In this document: positions 50,465 to 58,174 of the stretch, piece by piece | How positions within the stretch are numbered: position 1 is the stretch's first letter | Layout: the number at the start of each line of letters is the position of its first letter | IMG/VR virus record: IMGVR_UViG_3300024261_002043 | Span: 46,589 to 110,588 of that record | Length of the DNA stretch: 64,000 nt | Source of the DNA: a virus | Strand: one strand, 5' to 3' | The notes under the pieces: model-generated | What the model saw: the letters and a program-made list of their open reading frames with translations, nothing else | Databases searched by the model: none | Told to the model about the DNA's origin: nothing | Position numbers and translations under genes: made by a program

Positions 50465-51049
50465 CTAGTTCTTATTTCGTTGATTTAGAAGGTATACATA
50501 ACCTTCGTGAAGATCAGCTAGACCAGCCATCATATTATCAGTACCGTATGTTAATTGATCCATCTCTTTAAGCACCGCAGATGTGCCTTCGCCAATTTTA
50601 ACCAGCTGCTTTGTGTAGATCAGCGCTAATTCTGCAATACGGCCTGATGGCTGATCTGACGGTGACTCCCACTTTTCCATTGCGAGAAGAGCAGAATCTA
50701 AAATCCTCATAGGGCACGCTATAGATTCGTCGTCATAAACACACATACTCTTCTCTATTACTTGGTCAATTTGATCAGCAACCTCAGTGTATATTCTACC
50801 ATATAGTATTTCATGATCTCCGGCAAAGGAAGGACCTTTAGTCACGTTATGCGCGCCGTGCATCCATAAGTGATAAGCTCTAATAAATCCTATGTATGCA
50901 GACATGATTTCCCCTGGTGTGGGTGCCATGGCATCCTCAAGGGAGTTAACATCAATGTCTATTACGACGGTGGTTTCTTCCTCACGAGCAAAAGGGTTGT
51001 TTAAAATATCAGGGCTTATTATTTGCATTTTAGTCTTCCATTCTATCAA
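50465..51049 (-). CDS. Dps/ferritin-like protein
   Basis: HGAHNVTKGPSFAGDHEILYGRIY...IDQVIEK resembles the Dps ferroxidase signature. Confidence 0.75.
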   Translation of the reverse strand: MIEWKTKMQIISPDILNNPFAREEETTVVIDIDVNSLEDAMAPTPGEIMSAYIGFIRAYHLWMHGAHNVTKGPSFAGDHEILYGRIYTEVADQIDQVIEKSMCVYDDESIACPMRILDSALLAMEKWESPSDQPSGRIAELALIYTKQLVKIGEGTSAVLKEMDQLTYGTDNMMAGLADLHEGYVYLLNQRNKN

Positions 51050-51635
51050 TCTTGTATTCTAGGTAATGATATACCTTACTGATACCATCGCTAGCAGATG
51101 TTATTTTTGCCTGGACCCATTCGGGAAGATCATCCTCGTCTCTAAGCTTATCGTGCAAAGACTGTGAATATTTTGCCAGCTTATCTAGTTGAGACTTTGT
51201 CATACGACCTTCGCCTTCACCGTAACCAAGTTCACGACCTTCTTCCTCATTGGAAGTAATCTTATCTAATACCTTACTTACGAGTTCACCAATGTCTTCT
51301 TTAAAAAGGTCTGGATGTTCTTTCTCTATTTCTTCTGCCGACATACCTGATGCTTTCATTCTAGCAATCTTTACATCGTCAAAGTCGTTCTCACCGTCAT
51401 CGTTTTGATCTTTTTCTTCAGATATTCTTCTGCGTACTTCTTTTACGATCATGTCCAGCATTTCAGGTTCGTCTATTGAACTTTCACCTGTCATAATTTT
51501 TGCATAGTCTAGATCTTGCTCTAGCTCTTCACCTGAACCCCATGTATCTTCAACAGCCTCGACATCTTCTAGTTTTTCTACGTCGTTAAGCGCTTCTTGA
51601 ATAATAATTTTGAGTTGCTTTCTTGTTACTCTCAT
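51030..51635 (-). CDS. Acidic phage protein, probable internal head protein
   Basis: N-terminal MRVTRKQLKIIIQE motif; C-terminal EGRMTKSQL...DLPEWVQAKIT...YL domain recalled from large myophages. Confidence 0.6.
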   Translation of the reverse strand: MRVTRKQLKIIIQEALNDVEKLEDVEAVEDTWGSGEELEQDLDYAKIMTGESSIDEPEMLDMIVKEVRRRISEEKDQNDDGENDFDDVKIARMKASGMSAEEIEKEHPDLFKEDIGELVSKVLDKITSNEEEGRELGYGEGEGRMTKSQLDKLAKYSQSLHDKLRDEDDLPEWVQAKITSASDGISKVYHYLEYKIDRMED

Positions 51636-51676
51636 TTTTGACTCCTGAATTATCTGCTAAATATATCAAGCGAATG

Positions 51677-51913
51677 TTAATTCATACTTGTTAATAGCGG
51701 TAGTATTTGCGCCTTTCGAGGCTTCGTGGACGTGTATAAAATATTTTCATCCATTAAAAAAACACCGGTTGCCAAATCAATAGACTTATCAATATTCTTC
51801 TTAACTGTGTATAGATCTTTAGCCATTTTATGTGCAGACTTTTCGCTTGAAGACAATCCTACTATAAGCTCTTTAGAGCTAGCCTCTTTATACCATACAG
51901 CGAACAATATCAA
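51677..51913 (-). CDS. Hypothetical protein
   Basis: 78-aa ORF abutting the upstream gene; TTG start. Confidence 0.45.
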   Translation of the reverse strand: MILFAVWYKEASSKELIVGLSSSEKSAHKMAKDLYTVKKNIDKSIDLATGVFLMDENILYTSTKPRKAQILPLLTSMN

Positions 51914-52144
51914 TTATCCCTTTATAATACCGGCTAGCTTCTTCCAACGCTCTAATAGAACGTCATTGCTTACCTTTGTTGATTCATTTGAAGACCGCAT
52001 ATCTGTAGTTGCGGCATTCATATCCTGCTGCTCTTCATGCTCTGCTTCTTGGTCTTCAGCATCTGCAATGCCGGTATCTTCATTTATCGCTTCCATGATT
52101 AAAGCTCGAAGATCTTCGACTGTTATCTTTTTTGTTGTTGACAT
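51914..52144 (-). CDS. Small acidic protein, probable internal head/scaffold peptide
   Basis: KITVEDLRALIME N-terminus and ERWKKLAGI C-terminus; AGGAGG RBS. Confidence 0.6.
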   Translation of the reverse strand: MSTTKKITVEDLRALIMEAINEDTGIADAEDQEAEHEEQQDMNAATTDMRSSNESTKVSNDVLLERWKKLAGIIKG

Positions 52145-52328
52145 GGGTGCCCTCCTTGCTTTTTTAAATATACTGCTTTTCTTGTATTTAAATTATGTTG
52201 AGCCTGTAAGTCATATCTAAGGTATATGTTTAATGCTATCGATATGCTTATTGCTATAGCTGCATAAATCAAATTATATCTTTCAGGAATTAAACGCATA
52301 TAAAATTATAAGATAAATCTTGAAATTT

Positions 52329-54494
52329 TCAACCTTCCTGGATTGCTACTTCTAGTATGGTACTAAGCTGTTGTCTTGTTATTTTAAGGATGCTATTATT
52401 TCTAACAGATTCTTTGATCTTTACGTTATTATCTGTTGGATCATCAAGACCAGCCTCAGCTTCTCTAGTTTCTTCTTCTAGATCCTTTATCTTATTCACG
52501 AATTTTTCAAGTGGTGCACCGAGAAACTTAAAGACCACTTTAGATCCACCGAATACTTTTCTTAATGCGTTAAACGCGGTACCAACACCACCGGTTAAGG
52601 CTCCCGCCAGAGCATTAACAGCTAAGCCTGTAACAACTTTAGGTCCTATTGTTTTAATCTTTTCAATAAGCGGCGCAATAACTTCATCGATCTTCGCTTT
52701 AAGCTGACTTGATATATCTTCGCTAATCACAACGAGCTGCGGTTCATGATCGTAAAGATCTAACAGCGATACACTAGATATGTTATAAGCTTCTTCTATG
52801 TTAGAGCCGATCAGCCCACGTACCTTACCGAGGCCTCGAACTATAACCTTAGATGATCCCTTGAACTTAGACCACAAGTATCCAATACCGACAACAGCAC
52901 CAGATGCTATCATTACACCTTTCCAACCAGAGGCACTAGCGGCAGCAGACATTAGTTTCTCTATTTTGCTTAGCAGATCACTAGACCACTGTAAGACCTT
53001 TTCTATCTTAGGTGAAATATATTTCTTGACTATGACCTTAAGCTCTTCAATAACTTCTTTTAAGAACTGCTTTATACCTTCATAGCTTTCTTTGATCTCA
53101 GTCATTAGTATGTCCAGGTAAGAAGCTATGCGCTCTGGTTCTTCCATAATATATCTGAGCGCTAGAGCGGAATTCTTTGTATCGCCGCCTAGCTTCTTAA
53201 AGTCGCTAAAGAATCCTTCAAGTTGTAATTGCTCCTCGAGTATACGCTCTTGGATCGCTGGTGAGTACGGATAAGATTCATTTAGGGGTAAGTCAATATC
53301 CAATACCTTTCTTACATACTCTCTTTCGTATATACGCTGTGGTATTCTTGACCGTGAATGAATCAGCATTCGGTTTTCTTCTATAGTTTCGTTGATTACT
53401 TTGTAGAGGTAGTCTTTACCGACTGATACAGCTTCCCCAGTAAGAGGATTTTTATCCTCTTTTTCTACTTCGATTGCACCGGTGTTATCTTCGCTCTTTT
53501 CTTTTTCTTTCATATCCTCTGTTTTATACTCATCTTTCATAAGGATCTGGTAAATACCTAAACAGGCAAAAAGAGCTGGAACCACTTTCTTAAGGACCAT
53601 CTCTATTACATTAACAATATCCGGGATAGACTTTTCAAGCATCCCAGCGAGCTCGTCAAACCCCTTAGGGCCTAGCTTTTTTAATATCGTACCACCAACC
53701 GGGCCACCGGCAAGAAGAGCTTTGGGCCAGCTCATATCATTAAAATATTCTCCAACCTCAACAAGCTTATCCGCTATAGCTTGTAAGATCTCTTCAAAGT
53801 ACGCGATTACTTCATCTGGATTCGTGATTGCTTGGTTTAATAAATCAACACTTTCAATCGCTCCGGTTAAGGTATCATATGCGTTTTCAGAAAGAGACTT
53901 AATTGCAGCACCTATTGCTTTTGCTGCTGCAAGTCCCGCTGTGGCGTCTGGGATAACAAGCTTTATACCGCTCTCTATTGCACCGACAATCTCTGATACA
54001 ATATTGTCTATGACCTCTTTGAGCTTTTCAACGATCTCTTCGACCTTAGCTTTACCATCTTTTGACATTTTCTCTATAGTGATCTGAACGGCTTCTCTTT
54101 GCTTTTCGTAATAACCACCAAAGTCCCCACCAAACCCGTCAATGGCGTCCTTTAATAGACTAGCAAACTCACCTGCATTTTTAGCTGCTTCTGAAACTGC
54201 TTCTATTGTGGCTGCAACTTCTTTGGCTGCGAACGCGGCATCGACGGCGGTCTCAACAGCAGGGCCAACACCAGCTCCGGCTCCTAATGTACCAACAGCT
54301 ATAGCACCACCAATGCCGTACTCGGCCGCGGCCCCAACAGCGAATTGTATGGCATCTTGCGCAAGATCAACAGCGATACCTTCTGTTAATAGATCTAGAT
54401 TAGACTTATTGTCATTAAGCAATTGCTCTCTAATAATTGATCTAATGATATATTCTTGTGGTACAGATTGGAATGTGGTATTGTGCATTCGCAT
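52329..54494 (-). CDS. Large helical protein with hydrophobic Gly/Ala-rich segments; candidate ejected internal virion protein
   Basis: Start re-assigned to the ATG at 54494 (after GAAGG and a candidate late promoter); C-terminal KITRQQLSTILE motif. Confidence 0.6.
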   Translation of the reverse strand: MRMHNTTFQSVPQEYIIRSIIREQLLNDNKSNLDLLTEGIAVDLAQDAIQFAVGAAAEYGIGGAIAVGTLGAGAGVGPAVETAVDAAFAAKEVAATIEAVSEAAKNAGEFASLLKDAIDGFGGDFGGYYEKQREAVQITIEKMSKDGKAKVEEIVEKLKEVIDNIVSEIVGAIESGIKLVIPDATAGLAAAKAIGAAIKSLSENAYDTLTGAIESVDLLNQAITNPDEVIAYFEEILQAIADKLVEVGEYFNDMSWPKALLAGGPVGGTILKKLGPKGFDELAGMLEKSIPDIVNVIEMVLKKVVPALFACLGIYQILMKDEYKTEDMKEKEKSEDNTGAIEVEKEDKNPLTGEAVSVGKDYLYKVINETIEENRMLIHSRSRIPQRIYEREYVRKVLDIDLPLNESYPYSPAIQERILEEQLQLEGFFSDFKKLGGDTKNSALALRYIMEEPERIASYLDILMTEIKESYEGIKQFLKEVIEELKVIVKKYISPKIEKVLQWSSDLLSKIEKLMSAAASASGWKGVMIASGAVVGIGYLWSKFKGSSKVIVRGLGKVRGLIGSNIEEAYNISSVSLLDLYDHEPQLVVISEDISSQLKAKIDEVIAPLIEKIKTIGPKVVTGLAVNALAGALTGGVGTAFNALRKVFGGSKVVFKFLGAPLEKFVNKIKDLEEETREAEAGLDDPTDNNVKIKESVRNNSILKITRQQLSTILEVAIQEG

Positions 54495-54809
54495 ATCGCC
54501 TTCATTGTATAGACATCTGGAATTAAATATAACGTTCGCACCACATGTACTCAATGGCACCGCCGGAGAGCGAAGTTGGTTTTTCTTTAACGGCGCATCG
54601 CGCCGGACACACCCATTTTCTCAGCGTAACGCGGTACGCGTGAGTCACACAGGATTTTTTGCGCTTTCTGTCTGGATGCATCCTCGCGCCGAAGGCCTAC
54701 CTTCTCACTCGGATAGCACTCCAGCATAAGACATACAAAAACCTTGCGGAGATAATATTTATAGATAGCAGATATAAGCAAATACAGCGATGAAGACGAA
54801 AGGAAAGTC

Positions 54810-55088
54810 ATGGGATTTGAAGTCACCGTATACGTCATCGCCATTATGATCGTAGGATCAATTGGATTCGTCGTTAACTCGATGATAAGAATGAACAAGA
54901 ATACTAATAAAAAAATCATAAGCCTAAATAAGCGGCTACATGATGTTGAGGATCCGGAACGAGAAGGAAGTCATCGTACAGTAAGCGAGCTACCCAGCAA
55001 CATATTCGGGGAAATCGACATTAGGCACCCAAAAACAGGTGAGAAATTACGAGCCGTGGCTCATTTTCGTCCTAAAAAGCGTAAGTGA
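54810..55088 (+). CDS. Small single-TM membrane protein
   Basis: VTVYVIAIMIVGSIGFVV helix; AAGGA RBS. Confidence 0.6.
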   Translation: MGFEVTVYVIAIMIVGSIGFVVNSMIRMNKNTNKKIISLNKRLHDVEDPEREGSHRTVSELPSNIFGEIDIRHPKTGEKLRAVAHFRPKKRK

Positions 55089-55142
55089 AGATCAGCTTCT
55101 AAGACACTTAGTGTATTCAGACATGGAAATAACCGAATCACA

Positions 55143-55619
55143 CTAGCGCGACACTACAGAGGGCCGTCTAGACCCCTTACAACTAGCTTCTTGTATAAGC
55201 CAGACGCAATTGCGTGGTACTCTTGCCACTCGTCTGTCTTCATTAAGGATATCGATCCATGCATTTTGATAGTGATACCCTCCGTCTCCACCTCGATCAA
55301 CGACAATGCCGTGCCGAGGGTCTCCGTCAGCCATATATCCAACAGCATCGCCTTTTTTGACAGTGTACACGAGCAGACTTGGGAATCGATCCTCGAGATC
55401 ATCCCGAGAATGAGAGCACATTTCACGTGGGATTAGGAAATCACGGTCATTTGAGAAGCTAGATGTCATATCTCTCTCAGCATGGATAACGATAAAATCA
55501 CGACCAACCGCAATTACCGGCGCCGGCGGCATAATCTCGGCCCGCACGCGGTCGATCATATTGTTGATATGGACAAAGTATACAACGTCACCCACGCATA
55601 TCGGACTATTTACATGCAT
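55143..55619 (-). CDS. Hypothetical protein with two SH3/KOW-like modules
   Basis: VGDVVYF and KKGDAVGY...GIVV motifs. Confidence 0.55.
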   Translation of the reverse strand: MHVNSPICVGDVVYFVHINNMIDRVRAEIMPPAPVIAVGRDFIVIHAERDMTSSFSNDRDFLIPREMCSHSRDDLEDRFPSLLVYTVKKGDAVGYMADGDPRHGIVVDRGGDGGYHYQNAWIDILNEDRRVARVPRNCVWLIQEASCKGSRRPSVVSR

Positions 55620-55641
55620 ATATACTCAATATTATATCAGA

Positions 55642-55878
55642 TTATTTAGGGAAGTGCATATTGATGTCTATTATGCGAGATTCGTCTATAACACTTGTCT
55701 CCATTTCAATAGTGCCTAGCTCAGGCTCCCACATAACAGTATAAGTCTGTCGTGTAGGCTGACCCGCTGTACTAGGGTATATCCTATAGTCGGTAACTAA
55801 TCCAACACCAAGCTTAGGGTGATTGATTAATTGCCCTACTAGCGCGCTCTTTGTGTTATATACGGTCTCTTTAGGCAT
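55642..55878 (-). CDS. Small SH3/KOW-like hypothetical protein
   Basis: VGQLINHPKLGVGLV...YTVMW. Confidence 0.55.
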   Translation of the reverse strand: MPKETVYNTKSALVGQLINHPKLGVGLVTDYRIYPSTAGQPTRQTYTVMWEPELGTIEMETSVIDESRIIDINMHFPK

Positions 55879-55933
55879 AACGTTAAGTATGCACTAACGT
55901 GCATTGCTGACATGTTGTGTATCCCGCGGCGGA

Positions 55934-56173
55934 TTAGTCGATATCGATATCCGGAATCAGCTCGAGTTCTCTTTCCAGACTATAGTCGACCATCCCTATA
56001 TCCCAATACACTCCGTACAAAGTTGATCGATCAACATGGGGTGGTACTTCTACAATTATCCCGTTGTTGAGTTGTCGCCAATACTCATTCATGATCTTAC
56101 CGGTTTCGTTATTTAGGGTAGATGCGCTTGGGACGACGATATCACCGACTTTAAACTTTGCGGATCCGCTCAC
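55934..56173 (-). CDS. Small SH3/KOW-like hypothetical protein
   Basis: FKVGDIV...GIIVEV...YGVYW...ELELI. Confidence 0.65.
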   Translation of the reverse strand: MSGSAKFKVGDIVVPSASTLNNETGKIMNEYWRQLNNGIIVEVPPHVDRSTLYGVYWDIGMVDYSLERELELIPDIDID

Positions 56174-56186
56174 TCTGTGTCACTCC

Positions 56187-56411
56187 TTACTCTGCCTTGA
56201 TTAGACGGTTAGGTGGTTCCGTGGTGATAGCACCATCGGGCCACATCACCATCCTAATGTCACCTGCTTCTGTTACCCCTGCCTCAACAATTATACCGAC
56301 TTCCCTGAGCTTTACATCGTATGTTGAGTATACCATCACCCCTACCGCAAATTGATCGGCTTCCCAAACATATTCAGATTTTCCCGAGAGATTTTTTTTC
56401 GGACCGGTCAT
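56187..56411 (-). CDS. Small SH3/KOW-like hypothetical protein
   Basis: FAVGVMV...VGIIVE...VMWPDG. Confidence 0.6.
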   Translation of the reverse strand: MTGPKKNLSGKSEYVWEADQFAVGVMVYSTYDVKLREVGIIVEAGVTEAGDIRMVMWPDGAITTEPPNRLIKAE

Positions 56412-56415
56412 CTCT

Positions 56416-56718
56416 CTACTGCTCTGTCTGACCTATTTTGATCAGGTTACTGAGTAGTGCTGCTATAGGAGGTTGCATCAAGCCTTCTTCATCTGCCCAT
56501 TGGATCTTACATGCATTATAACATATGCCTATGGCGTCTGGTAGCTCTGTCAATATCGCTATTCTGCCTGAATCTTTGTAATACTCTTTTATGGTAACCA
56601 GATCGCCTACTACCCAACCATGATATCGGGGCACTGCCTTAAGGGACCGCTTGTTACCTTTTCGAACCTGCCCTGTGCGCCTCCTGCGATGCTGGGTATT
56701 ATTACGCGGCCGGCGCAT
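56416..56718 (-). CDS. SH3/KOW-like hypothetical protein with a basic N-terminus
   Basis: Arg-rich leader, then VGDLVTI...IAIL...KIQW...NLIKI. Confidence 0.6.
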   Translation of the reverse strand: MRRPRNNTQHRRRRTGQVRKGNKRSLKAVPRYHGWVVGDLVTIKEYYKDSGRIAILTELPDAIGICYNACKIQWADEEGLMQPPIAALLSNLIKIGQTEQ

Positions 56719-56968
56719 TGATGTCTCCAGTTACGTAACACATACCCTTAAGCGTTAGCATCCATCCGCCACATGAGGTCTTGCTCCATAGGCGGTGAGC
56801 GTAACGTACGTCTCCCTTGTATATTGGATCTGTGAAGTATCGGCAATACTGCCCCGGACCCCACTCACGGCTCTTTTGCTTGCAAAGGTGCTGAGTGATC
56901 TGTTTATACCGCGCTCCTGGGTTACTGAAGAGGTAGTTGGCGATGATATTGAGATTGTTCATTTTCAT
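56702..56968 (-). CDS. Hypothetical protein, possibly winged helix
   Basis: IANYLFSNPGARYKQI...WMLTLKG pattern; GGAG RBS. Confidence 0.5.
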   Translation of the reverse strand: MKMNNLNIIANYLFSNPGARYKQITQHLCKQKSREWGPGQYCRYFTDPIYKGDVRYAHRLWSKTSCGGWMLTLKGMCYVTGDINAPAA

Positions 56969-57104
56969 TTTGAAACTTCTCCGAGAATTTTTTTTGATTT
57001 AATTGACGTTTGGTTTTCAAATCGCTCAGAAAAAAAAATTTTGCCGAACTAAGGCACTTAGCCCTCCAGAGGTCCCACTGAGTACCCCCAGAGGCCCTCA
57101 GAGA

Positions 57105-57181
57105 GGGGCCTAAAAGCCACTTTTTTGGGGCCTGTTTTGGGGCCTTCCAGGGGCCTATTTTATACCCCCCATATGGGGCCT
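57105..57181. repeat. Five GGGGCCT direct repeats in a GC-rich non-coding segment
   Basis: Copies start at 57105, 57127, 57139, 57150 and 57175. Confidence 0.85.
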
Positions 57182-57201
57182 AAATGGTTGAAATCAAAGG
57201 G

Positions 57202-57369
57202 CTATTTCTTGGCTAGCTCTCTGATTACAGAAATATGATGGCTGGTGCAGGGTCCGGCATCCCACTTTATAAGGACCTGACCCGCGCGTTTTCGGACATG
57301 CTTGATCGTACCTGTCTCTGCCTGCGCTGCTACTTGCATATGGTAGACTCTCATTCCGATTTTAAGCAT
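57202..57369 (-). CDS. 55-aa SH3/KOW-like protein (absent from the ORF track)
   Basis: Hand translation MLKIGMRVYHMQVAAQAETGTIKHVRKRAGQVLIKWDAGPCTSHHISVIRELAKK; AAGGA RBS and its own promoter. Confidence 0.7.
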   Translation of the reverse strand: MLKIGMRVYHMQVAAQAETGTIKHVRKRAGQVLIKWDAGPCTSHHISVIRELAKK

Positions 57370-57398
57370 TTATTGTATTTCCTTTTCCTTATAGTACC

Positions 57399-57429
57399 AT
57401 TATACCACAGTTTGATGTGCACTTACACG
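57399..57429 (-). promoter_or_regulatory. Early-type promoter CGTGTAA-18 nt-TATAAT with TGn extended -10
   Basis: One of four near-identical intergenic elements. Confidence 0.65.
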
Positions 57430-57449
57430 ATTATTATAAATTATTTTTA

Positions 57450-57797
57450 TCACCACGCGGTTTGGGAGTACTCGCCCTGCACAGGGGCGAATGCTCTTCG
57501 GACTCGAGTCACCATACCCGCATCCGCTACGTAGCCAGCTGCCACTGCTGGACCTAGCAACTCCTGATAGAGACTTAGCAACTCATTCTCTGTCCAGTCT
57601 TCATCCAGCTCCAGATCTGGTGGGCTCCTCCATTGAGACTTGAGCTCCTCGGATCGCATGATAATGTAGTTCATGCAGTTGTCTATGTGCCAAGTCACGT
57701 TATCTACATCGTTGTTATAACATGACATCCTATGCCAGTCTTGCTTATAGATGTAGGCTACGATCTCTACTTTCTCTATATCCATTGTCTTATTCAT
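57450..57797 (-). CDS. Hypothetical protein
   Basis: 115-aa ORF in the early region. Confidence 0.55.
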   Translation of the reverse strand: MNKTMDIEKVEIVAYIYKQDWHRMSCYNNDVDNVTWHIDNCMNYIIMRSEELKSQWRSPPDLELDEDWTENELLSLYQELLGPAVAAGYVADAGMVTRVRRAFAPVQGEYSQTAW

Positions 57798-57802
57798 TTT
57801 TG

Positions 57803-58108
57803 CTAACCATCTTCAATCTCTGTTTTTACCAGCGGCGGAAGCTCTCCGGCCACCATGCCACCATGCGCATCGATACACATCTGAATATTATCTGCCGGCA
57901 CATACCCGTATACCGTTTCCGTTGGTCGCAGGGGGTCCTCGGCGAATGTCTGTAGATAGTAGTCCCATGCTTTGACCGTACCTACCTCTACGTGAGTGTA
58001 AGGTCCAGTGTCACTCCTGGGATCGCAATAATGCTGCCCACTGGCTTGTACTGACATACTAAATCCATCTGCGCAATGCACCATACTATTCATTGGTTTC
58101 AGACTCAT
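57803..58108 (-). CDS. Conserved-looking phage hypothetical protein
   Basis: CADGFSMSVQAS..HYCDPR...YTHVEVG...TVYGYVP...IDAHGG; AAGGA RBS. Confidence 0.65.
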   Translation of the reverse strand: MSLKPMNSMVHCADGFSMSVQASGQHYCDPRSDTGPYTHVEVGTVKAWDYYLQTFAEDPLRPTETVYGYVPADNIQMCIDAHGGMVAGELPPLVKTEIEDG

Positions 58109-58174
58109 CTTATATCCTTTATCCTTCGTTGTTCCGCGAACGGTACTTCTAAGTGGTTGATTTTATTAGCTTTT

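Noticed and set aside
57235-57534. Plus-strand 99-aa ORF from the track
   Set aside because: It overlaps a better-supported minus-strand 55-aa gene that has its own RBS and promoter.
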